Below are positions 1-16,644 of a stretch of DNA of 64,000 bases, one piece after another (position 1 is the stretch's first letter; the number at the start of each line of letters is the position of its first letter). Both the position numbers and the translations under genes were made by a program. The notes under the pieces are model-generated. The model ran no database searches, was not told where the DNA came from, and saw only the letters and a program-made list of their open reading frames with translations. The DNA comes from Tubiluchus corallicola (lineage: Eukaryota; Animalia; Priapulida): assembly GCA_030141605.1 (NCBI GenBank), contig JAQGDQ010000044.1, positions 310,001 through 374,000 on the forward strand, given 5' to 3'.

Positions 1-1665
1 TCCTTTTATACTGCAATGGATGGTCTCTTATGAAAGCATTGCATACTGCCAGCTATAAATGAATACACCAGAAGTGCTTAAACATCTCAGGACCTATTCT
101 GCAGAACAGCTAGTATTGATGAGCCAAGAGAAATTTCTTGCAAATTAATTATTCAACGTTATGTTTAGTGTTTGATGTTTTTCTAGTTGTATTGCACATT
201 GGAAGACAGCTTATTTTTGTAAACAAGTTTGCATCAATCCAAGCTAGAACCCTTGACCTTTGGGTGCTGGTATTCTTGCAATACCATACAGAATAGCACT
301 GGCTCCAGAGTTCATTGAGAACAATTCTTTTTTCTCACTTCAGAATTCAAATGCAAAAATTACACATTTAATTATGAAATCACTATATAAAAAACTATTT
401 ATTTGGCAATTGTTGTCACAACTATCTATTGAGTGAAGATAACTGCTGTTTTGCAATATTGTCAGTTAAAAAAGCCAAACAAATAAAAATCAAGTTAAAA
501 ATATAATTATTTTTATAGTAACAAAGCATTTCACTTGACATTATAACAACACTTGTGCTTGTTATCAATATGCAGATACAGTAACACCCAGTATTTGTAA
601 GTGATACAATTAATCCAGACCATTTCACAATTTGGCAAAAGTTGCATGTAATAAATCTTACTTGAAATAAAACCACATGAAAAGGAGACGAATGAACTGC
701 ATTTCTAAAAATGCTCGGATAAACTTTTAGTATTAACCCAAACCTGCGAGCCCTGAATTTTAGTGCACAAATGTCAGAAAATTGCAAAAAAGATAATAGT
801 GGCTGTGACAGTGTTATCGCACTACAACCTACAAAAGCAATGCTTTTTATAACATATCAGTAAAAAAACTTGGTGTATTTGAATCAATCCAGTGATTTTA
901 TACAAAAAAAACAGTGGTATTCTCCATTCTGCTGCTTATGTTATTACAAACCATTCACTGCAGTCACTGGTAATCTATAAGATTCTAAATTATTTGAAAT
1001 AAGTTATAAACACATGGTAAAAATATAGACAGGATGCAAATGTGAGTCCAAATAGCCACAATTACATCATCCATCAATAATGATAATGAAAGAAGAATAA
1101 ACAATTTAAAAACAGCAACATATTTTGATGCAAATTTTGGTTTTTATACAGTGCTGCCTCTACCAGGCTTTAGCGGGTGAGACAGAGTTTACAAATTGAA
1201 TGCAGACGCGGTAGCATGCAAACTGCACAATGCATTACTTAGCAATACAATTTCAGCGATTAGACATTGCAACAACCTCAACAAATTTGAATGAAAGAAC
1301 ACACTAGTAAATAGGTTTGCAAATTAATTAAAAAACGGCTCGTAGAAAGTGGCGGTGGCTTTGTATAACATGATGTAGCGCCTCTACCCGAGAAAGTTTC
1401 ACACCCAAAATTTTCAAAAGCCGCTGACATACATGTGATTCGGAGTATATTAGCAGCTTGCTTCACACACATGTTCCTGGATCACGTTCACATCAAGTAT
1501 AAGTTGTAAATACCGCAGCCCCTCATTAGCACAGTAGACAACTGACTGTGTGAAACTCATGATTAAAATGGCTGCAATCACTAAACAATGTTTTCCAGCA
1601 ATTTGAAGACCACGTTGGGTTGCCAGTCACACAGTCATGGCAGCAGTAACACCTGGCTGGCATAA

Positions 1666-4600
1666 TTATGAAAGATTTTGAGGCGGAATTGAAGAATCGT
1701 CCTTGCTCTCTAGCGAAAATGGTGGTATTTTACAATCAAATGTGTACCCGTCCTGCCTCTCCATTCTAAATGTGCCCCTGAAAATACCAAAACAATGTGA
1801 TAACAAACAGACCAGTTTGTTGACTTATATGTTAAAATAATTTTCTATTTGAAGAAGTTAAGCTCTTCTTGAAAAAATGTAACCACTACAAAATTAGCTG
1901 CTAAATCAAAATAGCAATTAGAAGTAGTAAATGGATAATGCTTATTTCAAGATTATTAGTTTAAATTCCTTTGTCACCTTCTCTTATATCTGCTAGTTTT
2001 GGCACCAAAGAATCATAATTGTAAGTTCATATACCATTTTTAAAATGAAAGATGCTGACAGTATAAAGGTTTTCTTGCTTACTGGCACTGGTAATTGATG
2101 CAGTATGAGGACTTCTGATGTATCTTCAGTAGAAGCAAGCAGTGATGAATTTACTGGTAGAATGCATCGCTCTAACAATAAAAAACACTCACTAACAGAT
2201 GGTTCTAGCGCGAACTTCTTTTGGGTCCACAAATCAGCAAAAATCGCTGACCTTATCCATTAATTGGGTCTGCAAACTCTGAGGACCACGAACAAAATTA
2301 ATAAAAAAATAATTTAAAACTCAGATTCTGATTTAACATAATTAGGTCGTTTGTGAGACTTGCGAACATTTGTCACGCACGAAGGCAGTTACTGAGTGAT
2401 TAGCATGTGCAACTTCTGCATGTTGTTAGTCTGCATTTAGGAAAACTAGAGTGAATTGTAGAAAAACATAAAATTCTAGTGTAAAGCTGAGTCTGCAAAA
2501 TAGTAGTTAAGCAATATGCAGAGTCAATGATTTCACTGGATCAATGCAAGAGTGAGTCTTCAGTTTATAGCAAAGAAATGCTGCAGACCCACAGTTCACT
2601 AAGGTGTACTACTTCACGGATTAGTGCATCTTTGGCGGGAGCCTGGGCGGTTGCTACTAGCAACATCAGTATCATGCAATGCAAGTAAAGCGCACACACG
2701 CAGACACACGCATGAGAATGCAGAAACAGTTTGATTGATTCACGTCTGAACAGGCCTCGACCCAAACTGAGATCAAGCTAGAGCCATCTGATATCCATCT
2801 TCGCTATTTTGCAGTGTTTACTCACCACATGTGACCACTAGGGGCCTGTAAGGACACATGGCTACTGTACTGGAAGGCAAATTGCGACTTCGTTAACACA
2901 GGTTCCTGCAAGGACAAAATGTGAAACAGAAATCATGAAAGGCATAAAAGCGTATTGCTCATATTTAATTTAGAAATTGAAAAAAGTGAACAGCTGGCAG
3001 CTGAAAACAGATTTAGAAACAGTCCATGTGATTGTCAGTAGCACAATTACAAGTTTCATTGTTGCACCTGATTAACTTGCTGGTCATTGAGAAATTTCAC
3101 TTTTTACACAATATTTGTTAATTTTATTTTAACAAATATTTGTAGGTAGAAACAGCCTAAGGTCTATTAAAAGGCTTGTAATGATCACATCTTTATGTTA
3201 AGATTGTCTATGAGCTTTGTGCATTTTGAGCAATTTTTAAATGTTTTATTCTGCTTTGTACAGTAAAAGAAACATTTTTCACGGTGCACTGAAGGATTTT
3301 TCTCAAATAGATAAAATATCTAAATTCTTGAACAAAAACAGCTAACATTTTCAAATGGCCAAAGAAATATCCAATCAGAATATGATACTAATGCAAATTT
3401 TGAATATGAACTTTTCGTGCGTTAATGGTATTTGTAAAAAAATTGTAAAAAACTTCACAGAAGAGCATACCAAAGTACACTATTTGCATACAAGCATCAA
3501 AAAATCTTCTAATTATCACGTACCTGTCCTACTACTCCTCTTCCTCTCACTGTTTCCAATGTACCAGATAAACTGAATATCCTCCAATGTCGCTCGCGGA
3601 GTTGTACGGTATCCTCTCCAGTATTTTCTAAACGGATGCAGTAGCGCCACTAGAAGTATACGACTTGATCAGTTATAAACAACCAAAAAAAATCTTTACC
3701 CACTTTGTGCTTACTCAAGATTATTTTAAGGATTGCAAAAAGTAAAAGAAACAGTTTTGTTAGTTTGACAGGTCAAATTGTTATAAATACACTGAAAATA
3801 GTAAATGCCTCATTGCCTGATGCAATCACAAATGTATAGCATAAGCAAGATAAGTCACACAAAACAGGTTAACAATGTTAATGACATTCGCAAAAGCTGT
3901 TTAGTGTTAATGTAAAAAAGGAATTAATTTTATAATATTTGCGATATAATTAGTTCACTTATCATAGTGCATATCAGTCAATGAAAAGGAAGGTGACAGA
4001 ATTGCTCCTACAAGACTAAGTTTGTAGACATGTTTTTTAGATCGAAGATGAAGCTGGTAACCAAGCTAAGCCAAACTGAGCATAATCAGAGAATAAAAGC
4101 CACATATAATAGATTACTCGAGAACAAAGAGCTGCAAATAAGGCTGTAAATGCAAATGGTAATGTAAAGTATAAAATTAAGCTAGACTGAACTATACAGC
4201 ATAGATGCGTGGATTTGCTACCGCATAATAAACAACTGTACGTATCTTCATCTGTAGAATCTGTGAATTTACATGAAATTTGAAAGTCCACATAGTTGCA
4301 AGTCAAACCTTTTTTTGTATAAAACTACAAATTATAATCATTGATAGATAATAAATTAGTAGATAAGCCACAGAAAATGATTTTGTCTGCAGGTATAAAT
4401 CCACAACATCAACTTCCGTGAAACAATGCATCTCTACCATACCAACCACATGAAGTTACATCACGCACCAAACCATGTCGTGATAAAACAAAGAACCACA
4501 TTGAAATTAGGTAAACCTTCTTTCGCAAAACAATTGGAAATATTACTTTACATGATATAACGTGTGTGCTGCAATTTCAAGGAAAATCTGCAAATTTAGG

Positions 4601-7600
4601 CATTAAAAAATCCACAATCTATATATACAAAAAATTCACTATCCGCAATCCACAAAACCGCAAAATTAATGTGGATTCCGCATTCGCATGTCCACAGATC
4701 TGCTATCCTCGCATCTCTGCCATCCAGGCGCATACTTAAACAAAACGACTATTAATAGTGCAAGTAGTAAATGTCAATTATGTAAGTCTTATTATAAATA
4801 TATGAATTTTAAATAAAATTGTTATTATTTGTGCTTTTCTTGCTATATTGTTATTATTTATTTGTGCTCATAAATATGGTGCTCATGTAAAAACACACTA
4901 ACAAGCACAAAATAAATGACATAAGAACACGCAAGCTTCATGAAATGTTTACAGGAGAACATACATGGAAGCAAAACTGTTCAAAAAGCAACACTAAACA
5001 TGCAAGTAAAAAGCTTGTATATGCAAACATGCATGTGCTTGTATATCCAGAGCTATCCAGAGCATGTCCACAGATCTGCTATCCTCGCATCTCTGCCATC
5101 CAGGCGCATACTTAAACAAAACGACTATTAATAGTGCAAGTAGTAAATGTCAATTATGTAAGTCTTATTATAAATATATGAATTTTAAATAAAATTGTTA
5201 TTATTTGTGCTTTTCTTGCTATATTGTTATTATTTATTTGTGCTCATAAATATGGTGCTCATGTAAAAACACACTAACAAGCACAAAATAAATGACATAA
5301 GAACACGCAAGCTTCATGAAATGTTTACAGGAGAACATACATGGAAGCAAAACTGTTCAAAAAGCAACACTAAACATGCAAGTAAAAAGCTTGTATATGC
5401 AAACATGCATGTGCTTGTATATCCAGAGCTAAGCATGAATAATTTATGTCTGTGTCTAACATGCAGCCTGAGGCAAAGTGTTCACATTCACACATGAACA
5501 TAAACAAATGCAGAGCGTTCACGCATGAACACAAGAAAACAAAAGCTTACCCAGTAGACGTGTGTATTTTGTGCCTCCTGGAAAATAAACAACATGTTGT
5601 TAATGTTGCAATTAAAACAATATGTTCAAATGCGTCGCATAAAGAATTTATTTTGTATAAAGCGATTTTTATGGAGCTACCATCTTACAGAATTACAGGA
5701 AAATATTCGAAACAAATTAAGACAAAAAATTAACAATAGTTAGATGAAATTGAAAATGAAACCAACAGCAACAGTACTGAATGATTGTAACAAAAATCAT
5801 AAGATTAATAATTAGATAGAGATAGATTTCAATAAAGGTGTAGATGTTGCACATCGGGATCGTTAGCACATAGCACATACCCTAGACCCCATGTAGAATG
5901 GTATAACTGTAACGCGTATATTTTCCGTCGTCTCTTTATGCACGTCAGACAGCTCTAACCAAGGATGATTCTTCTCCTGCCAAGCTCGTAGTGTTTCTCT
6001 CGACTTGAACTGTGTCGCTGCTGAAAACAGGGAAAGGAAATTTAAAATGCAAAACCTAAGCTATTCTGTAAGAATTAAACACACAAACACCAGTTAAAGC
6101 AGGAACATGTGGGATGCAAAATCAACTTGGCTGCTGTCCCTTGCTTGATCTGGATAATCAACATTAACCTGTTTTCAATCGTGCTGAATTAGTGCCAATT
6201 TTAAGGATAAGAGGCAAACAAACTAAACTGCTTGTGATATTGACATCTCTAGGAAGTAATATCTTAATAAGGTTAAATGCTTTTCTAGTGAACCAGAAAG
6301 TTTGAAAAGTAAAGAACTGTTGAAAAATTGCAGCAAGGAAGAACGGGTATACAAACAAACGTGAGTGCAAACCTGTATAAAATGTGAGTATTAATCTTTT
6401 ACAGAGTACAAACCTATATGCTTAAAACATATAATTTGTCAGATGCAGAAAAACAAAATTAAAACTCAAGTTACCAAAGATATTGCGAATCCAAAGGTTC
6501 ACAAAATACACATGTCTACTGGGTAAGCTTTTGTTTTCTTGTATTCATACGCAAACAGTATGTTCACGTGTGAATGTGAACACTTTACCTCATGTTACAC
6601 AGGCTGCACTTAAATGACCGATGCAAATTATTCATGCTTGGTTCTGTATATACAAGCACAAGCTTTTTACATTCAAGTTTACTGTTGCGTGAGCAGTTTA
6701 TGCTTCCGTGTGTGTTCTCTTGTAAACACTGGATAACTTGGGTTTTAAGCACAACACAGGCATTTTAAAATTTCAGATTTGTGAAATTTAAGGACCACCG
6801 TTACCATCGCCGCCACACTAGCCGTCTCACAGTACAGAATCTACGAATTATTTACTTCGCTAAGTTCCCACTAAAATCATAACATTGTAAACAACTTACA
6901 TCCATCTCCGGTGGCAACCAGAAATCTGTCAAATAATTCGTGGACAAGGGGCCTCTTCTCTGTTGTCGTATACGGAAATATATCCTCATGACTTACATAG
7001 TCTAAACCTTGACATAAAATAAGTTATAAAGGCATTAAGTGTGGGACATCTGCATAGTACTAATCAGTATTTAGTACTATTCACATGATTAAAGCAAGTA
7101 CCATTTACATCATTTGAAACTAGTTAAATTTAGGATAAAGTAAAATAAAACAACTATAACAAAGCAGCAAATTATCCAGAACGGACATATTAAAGTGATA
7201 TTTGACAGTTTCAAAAGCGGTAAGAATAATATGTGTAATACCTGGTATAGCGTACAGTGAGCGACTATTCTCCTGGTTGCCCAGAAATGTAACAGCTTCT
7301 GATTGAGCTCTCTAAAGATAAAATAGAACACCAGTACACACAGATGCTTAAAAATGCTTGTAAGTTTTTCGAAATTGTAGTTTTAATAAAACTACAATAA
7401 TAATAATACTTAAAACAAGGAATTGTTCTGTTGTTCAGAAACCGAAATTAGCAAATTAACTAAATATACTAAAATAAAACTCAGCGTGACTCATTAATTT
7501 ATTTAACCATAAACATCAAATGTTTACATGCAGGAGGAAGGTACAACAAGAGTAACTTATACATAATCTCTTTCTAGCATTTATTTTAGAAAATGATAAC

Positions 7601-10600
7601 AAAGAAGTCTTTATGAACCGAATAAGCAGTTTATTTATTTACAGACCCTCCTGGCATATTCCCCGACAAATAGGTAACAAAATCTATTACAAAAAGGTGC
7701 TTAATCTTTCAAAAAATCTATGTAGCTGTTTGCTCATAAAATACATAAATTTAGATAACCATGAACAGTAAATGAATGTTTACAATATACCTTAATTTTT
7801 TAAAAAGTTTATGTAGTTGTCTGTTGATAAAATACATAAATTTAAATAACCATAATGGTAAATGAATATTTACAATATATGGACTATCCCGGCTGTCTAT
7901 AAGCACTTGGTAGTAAGTATGATGTTTGCTTTTGACTTCTTGGCCAGCATATGAGTTACTAGATGTGTTCCTAGAAAACGCAAAACATTCTTTTCGATAA
8001 AATCTTGTTAAGTTTATAAGATTTAGTACCTCAAAAATGTACATTACACACAAACACATAACAAAAAATACAGTTAGTATGAAAAAGTCAAAATCATAGT
8101 CAAATAGAAAACATCTTAAAATGAAAAGCAGCAACACCTTTCACTTTTGAGACTAATCCTGTAAAATGCCTCTGAATGTGAAATTGCTGGTCTTACTTTA
8201 CAATTATTAAATATAGTGATGGGTAATTAATCGATTAATTGAATTAATCCCGGTTATCACCACGTGCAGATCAATATAATCGACAATTGATCAGCAATTC
8301 AATTAACTGAGACTAATCGAGAGCAAAATATACGCGTTACACACTGACTAAAAGGTGGTGTTTTAGCACGTTTTATATAAACAGAATCATTGCATTTTTT
8401 CTTTATTTTTTCGCATTGCACAATGCACACAATTACGAATTGCAGTACAGATACAATCCTCATTTGGTTTCTTTAGAGACTCTTAAGCAGAAATTCCTAT
8501 TAAAGTTAAAGTCTCACACAATAAACACAATACATTACTACCACAATAAACAATGAATGCTTAAATTAACACTGTGAACTTACAAGGTACAATTTCAACT
8601 AGAAAGCCTAAAAATTACAGGTACAGTTGATTTGAGTCAAGGCACACAGCAGATTAATACCTGTCAGTAATCTGTGTATCTCTGTCATAGACTCTTGCTT
8701 GCCATGGAAACAGGATCACACCTCTGTATCCAAACACTCGGTGTAGAAATAGCTGCAATTAGCAAAACAAGAACACGGAACTAGTCGATGCCATAGAAAG
8801 CTAATGAAATAAAAATAAATAAGTAAGCTAAGACAGTTACAATAATATCTCAAAAAATAAATAAGACCAGAATCAGTTTGCTGTATAGCTCAAGTGATTT
8901 GCCATGCAAAACCTAAGTAAGTAGCTTCAAATATGAATTAATATTGGACATACATCTCTGTTTACTAGTATTGGTATTAAGCAAACTTCTACAAGAAACT
9001 TTGCCACAAAGCTCATGACGTGTCATTGTACATGCTTTAAAGTAGGTTAAATAAGAGAGAACTCGTTTATAATTCCTAACTGTATTTAATTTAATACCTT
9101 AATTCCTTAATATACCGTCCAAACTCAACCAGTCAACATTTAATGTTGCTTCTGTATGTCAGCTACTAGTTCACTGTGGGGAGACAGTGCATGTTTGACA
9201 ATGTGCTTTTCACGTACAAAGTAGTCAGCCATGTAATCATTTAAACCCAAAACAATAAATCAGCTAGCAGAAACCCACATCTTTTGCTTTTCCTTTACAT
9301 GTAAATGTATTGCTCTGTTATATTAATCATTATTATACTAATTGTTGGCTAGGTGTTTGCCTCAGTGTCTTGTTAACATGTGTCCCAAATTTCTTAAAAT
9401 CACAGCAGTTATTGGTACCAGAATGCACTACATTAAATTCAGATGGCGAAAGAACATGTCCATGTGCGTAAAATAAAAAACAAATTTTATCAGAACATTT
9501 TGTACACAACATTCTATTAGCAAAAAACTTTTTCAACAGCAGAACATGTCTTTTTCACTACAACCTCTAAAGTATTAAATGTTCTAGTGATATAACGTCA
9601 TCCTCGTACACAGCTAATCATTGATGTGCAGTTTATGTTTATATTGTAATGGCTTATTTAGTTACTGTAAAAAACATATGCCAATAAGCAAAAAAATATA
9701 CTGTACCTGCCCAGTCTCATACTTTGCAGCTTCAGGTTTAAGAGAATCTAATCGTCCAACTTCTGCTAACCTTTACATAAACAATAAATTACCAAATATA
9801 ATCAATGAGTGGCTGGAATGAGCAACAATTTCAACAAAACTAAATTAATATTAATGTTTTCGGGCGACAAATGCGAAGAGACAAGATAAATTATAGATTA
9901 GTGAAACTAAACAAAATGAAATATTTGGAAATGTGGTCACATTATTAACAGGCTGAAAAGGAGATGAATTTAAATTAATTTACATACAAAACAAATAAAA
10001 TGATAGAAGTATGCAAATAGTCATTGCAGTCTCAATATTCTTAAGTACTGTAAACCTCGTATGCTAATACTGTATGCCTTTTCCTACTCACAATTACAAA
10101 ACTTTGCAATATTCACACACATATGGACAAATGCACACACATTCATAGCACATACAACACTTTCATTCACACAAGCAACTGTGCTACAATTTATTGGAAA
10201 CCAGCTTCAATAGAAAGGCGGTGCTTGTAATAAAACTATCAAATGATTAATCCGCAACTAGTACGTAATCGATAAGTAATCGTCACAAATGTGCAGGTGT
10301 AGCTCACTGTCAATCTTTTTAAATTTATAATCTAGAAATGAACGATTGTTGACAAAACGTACCAATAAGTTATTAGTTATCATGATCTTAATAGCTCATA
10401 TCTAATCTAATAATCTTAATCCAGTTAGTTAGAAACACTCGTGTGAGCGATTTAGCGTTGGAAGTGCTATATTACTTAGTGAGTGTTTGTGCTTTTTTAT
10501 TTTTCACCTGAAGATAGTCGCACTTCAAAGTTAACTTTTTGAACTGAAACATAGTACAAATGAAATAATGATACAAAAATTGATGTGATTAAAAAAAAGA

Positions 10601-11871
10601 AGCAACATGACCTACTCTTTATGTAACATAGGCCTATACCACTCTTTTGGCACTAGCAGCATACCTGAGATGTGAATGCTACACATCATAAATTACTTTC
10701 CAATGAAATCATGAATGTGTGGCCCAATTTTAACTGACTATCATAATTAGCGTAATTACTAATCAAGGTTGGTTGTTATAAATTGGGATGTTATTCATGG
10801 GGATGCGCAAGTACGCACTGAATTATATGGAAAAAGAAAATTTCGATATTCAGCTTCTAAAATTTGGAATTAGTTGCCTAATCATTTGCGCATAGTCACT
10901 AACTATAATGATTTATAGAGGCACATTAACAAATGGAGTGGGGACATATGTAGATGCTCAGCTTGTGCTACCTAATTTGTGTTAATCATTTTTATGTACC
11001 CTGTGTCTTAATTTTTTTAATGAATCAGTTTTAGTGTTTTTTTATCTCACGATAATCTTTTCATATTCTCAGAATTAAGTGATGCTCACTTTTTTAAATA
11101 TTTGTGATTGTCTTGTTTTTATCCTTGTTTGTATGATTTTATTTTGTATTTTGCAGAGTACCCCATTTTCATTTTTTCAACTTTTGATTTTATTCCAGCA
11201 AATTTCAGTAAAAATTTTTAGCATAGTATATTTTAGTCGGTATTAATAGCGTATTTCAGTATTTGGCTAAAGTAAAGTTGTTCCGTTGTACACCCGACTT
11301 TAAATAAAGATTATGTATGTATGGTTGGTATTCAGGGTGGTTGACTTTGGTAACTTTTAGTTTTTCGCCACCCTTTCACCAATCACTTGAACACCATTGA
11401 CTCATAATTTATTCATTTAATAACTTTGTCACTTAATATCATATTACCATATTATCGTACCAGGCATTGCGTTTGTCTTGTAAAAAAAGGTGATAAATAA
11501 AGTCAAGATACTTACTTACTTATGTATTTATGGTCATAATTAGTACGCTGTTACGGTCCTAATTAGTACATTTTATTTTATAACAAACAATCGTAATTTT
11601 AACTGGATACACCATTTAATAACAATGGTACTGGCAAAAACAAACTGCACAATTTTAGATGGGTTTGCTGTGGGAACAGGACTCTGCTCTGACTTGACAT
11701 CATCGATTACAAAAAGACTAAACAACCCATGCTAATACAACTTGGTCAACATAGGTACCTTGTCGCAAGAAATCTTTTTGCGATATCGCTGTTTTGCGCT
11801 ATCCTAATATTTAGCAGAAAATGTCGACAACATCCTATAATAATTGAACTTCGACAACCGACAACAGCCAT
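1666..11871 (-). CDS. POLDIP2: Polymerase delta-interacting protein 2 (YccV-like + ApaG domains), 11 coding exons, 342 aa
   Basis: Exons read manually: 11759-11871 (MAVVGCRSSII..., presequence-like), 9707-9770 (LAEVGRL...KYETGQ), 8661-8752 (LFLHRVFGYRGVILFPWQARVYDRD), 7874-7970 (KHHTYYQVLIDSRDSPYI), 7242-7311 (RAQSEAVTFLGN...LYAIP), 6900-7007 (LDYVSHEDIFPY), 5881-6020 (RETLRAWQEKNHPWLELSDVHKETTENIRVTVIPFYMG), 5551-5577 (EAQNTHVYW), 3524-3649 (WRYCIRLEN...RERHWRIFSLSGTLETVRGRGVVGQ), 2826-2905 (FQYSSHVSLQAPSGHMW), 1666-1777 (GTFRMERQDG...IPPFSLES). All junctions are GT-AG, phases are consistent and the total is 1029 nt. Peptides match POLDIP2 as I recall it. Confidence 0.96.
4200..4719. mobile_element. 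hAT-like MITE in POLDIP2 intron 8
   Basis: The left end CATAGATGCGTGGAT matches the reverse complement of the right end, CAGAGATGCGAGGAT. Subterminal ATCCGCA/ATCCACA motifs are present. Flanks ctatacag/ccatccag look like a degenerate 8-bp TSD. Confidence 0.55.
4686..5430. repeat. Near-perfect tandem duplication, ~370 bp x2 (period 376)
   Basis: gcatgtccacagatctgctatcc... starts at 4686 and again at 5062, and both copies run to ...gtatatccagagcta. Confidence 0.9.
6500..6728 (+). repeat. Inverted diverged copy of POLDIP2 microexon 8 plus downstream intron (partner 5321-5573)
   Basis: The plus strand reads cacaaaatacacatgtctactgggtaagcttttgttttcttgt..., the reverse complement of 5573 downward. 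The alignment is visible for ~230 bp with indels. Confidence 0.9.
7736..7879. repeat. ~54-bp direct duplication containing the POLDIP2 exon 4 donor
   Basis: ataaaatacataaattt...aatgaat(g/a)tttacaatata occurs at 7736-7789 and 7827-7879. Confidence 0.8.
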
Positions 11872-12145
11872 ACTTTCATCAGCTGACTTTAGCAGAAGCA
11901 TTCAAATTAAGTGCACCAGCTTGACGGTGTGTTCGATTCAGCTAGTTTTATTTTGCGCTAGCTTTCTAGTTCAAACACCAGTAGTGGATGAGCGTCACTC
12001 CACGTGTTATAGTGAATCAGTTTATTGAGTTCAATGGAGCATAACAAGAAATTCACTGTCATGATGAAAAATCCAACAGTGCACTGCAAAATTATGCTTA
12101 GGTACCCAGCAAAAAGTGACAAACGCATAGGAAAAAAATCAATAG

Positions 12146-12172
12146 TGTGCGTGCGTGTGTGTGTGTGTGTGC
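12146..12172. repeat. (GT)n microsatellite upstream of POLDIP2
   Basis: gtgtgcgtgcgtgtgtgtgtgtgtgtgc. Confidence 0.8.
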
Positions 12173-14086
12173 GTTAAATGTATAATACAGTTAACGCTAG
12201 ACGTTTTTGTACATTCACTACATAACATTATAATTACATTGCATTGTGTAAGGCCATTTATGAAACATGAATTTTTTAAAATCTGTAGTTGAACCAGCAA
12301 ATTGGGTGGTTAAATCTTGCATTGCATAATTTGTGGTTAGTTATAGTAACCCGGATAAACCAGATTTTGATGCTACGTGTACATTTTGCTTAATCGGGTA
12401 CGTTATCCAGTCGTGTAACAGAGATCGAAATTCCTTCACAGGATCATGTCCTACACTACCACTTCAGGGTCAACCGGTAATTACATGTAATAAAATAACT
12501 TGCGCGCATATGAAATTGACAATAATTATGCTTGGTTAGTAGTAGTAGTATAGTTTATTGACTATAAATATACAATGATTAATACAAAAACTGGGGTAGT
12601 AGAAAACAATAAAATTTACAGTCCATTCATTAGTCTCGCAAGTTATCGCGCAATATTTGTATCAAAGAAGTAAAATTTTGTTAAAAAATCTTGTGCTCTT
12701 GGTATTGATATGCACCATGCAGTGCTACAGATCTTCTGTTGTGTACAATAAAAAAATGAATAATAGTGGCGGTTGATCAAGGATGAAGATGTCATTACAT
12801 ACACTGTCATGGCCACCAAACAGGTTTGTTGGTAAGAATAATAATTAATGTGGAAATTCTCAATAATTGCTGCTGAATCCCAGCTGATGCATGCTAAAGC
12901 CTAATGGACAGTTTTGTAGTCGGCAGATTCAATTAGTCTCACAAATCAGATAGCTGAGCTTCAACCATTGGGTAGCTAAGACAGCTTCAGAGAGTGATAA
13001 TGGCATTGAATTTTACTACAGACCTAGCTATAGGAAACGCAAGAGTCAGCACATAACTAAAGTTATGGAATTCAAGAAAAACGTAAAAATCGCATAAACT
13101 GGATCAGGGAAAATAACTCTTTTTGTGCGTAAATCCGTTAATAATTAACTAAAGATCTAGCAAGCTGTATAAGATTGAGTGCTAACAAGTACTAACAACG
13201 CACTTAAATAAAAAACAGAGACCTGCCCACACACTTGAAATTCCCTATTGCTCAATCCAGTTTAGAAGTTTTTACTGTGCAGAATAGTATAGCCAATGCT
13301 CAAAGTACCAAGGTTAAGTCCAAACTGATACCTGTACTCCGACACGTATCAGATTCCCCCGAATCAGGAGGAGATAATAAATAGTGCCATCTGACTGCAT
13401 GTTATGTTGGGCGATGCTCTTTTAGCCGCTTCAGCAGATTATTCCTGATTTTGAGCTAGAACTGGTTTTGCCACAACCACATCCATAATGGTTAGGTCTT
13501 GTCGTTTAGTACAACATGTGGGCTTAACCATGTGCAGAACTGTATGCAAAATAAGTCTTGTTAAAATCATTTAATATGAATTTTTGACGAATCTTCCTTG
13601 TTTCTTTCTTAGTTAAAGGCTTCCCATGAATTGAGGCGATAGAGCTGAATTCAATATAAACATTATGTGAATATAGCAAAGATAATTTATTACACATCAT
13701 AAAAACTTTACACCAACATGAGCATGATGACATCACAACACGCCATCACGACAGGCCTTCAGGGCGGTCAAAGTATTTTTAAAAACAGAAAAACACAGTA
13801 TTGTAAATCTGCAACTGCATGGCGGGACTAACCGCAAGTTATTACAGTAGAAATGTAAACTACTCTCCTATAATTATAACGGCTTGTTATTGGGATATTT
13901 TGTACTATAATACTTTTGAACTGGGATCTCTGTTCATTATTAATCTCTTACAGTGAATATAAAACCTCAACAGAGCATGTAAAAATACAAATTTGTCCTT
14001 AGTGATAATATTTTTAGTTAACACGTGCTTTAATTCTTCATGTTTCACGAAGGTTACACTGACTGAAAACGTTTGTTGTTCTTGTG

Positions 14087-16644
<2,558 letters not shown>

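Noticed and set aside
422-787. 121-aa minus-strand ORF
   Set aside because: Non-ATG start, AT-rich and without motifs; probably POLDIP2 3' UTR or downstream DNA.
2765-2800. Two 8-nt matches to U2 snRNA (AGATCAAG, ATCTGATA) suggesting a scaRNA guide
   Set aside because: Too short, and not positioned next to D-box motifs; compatible with chance.
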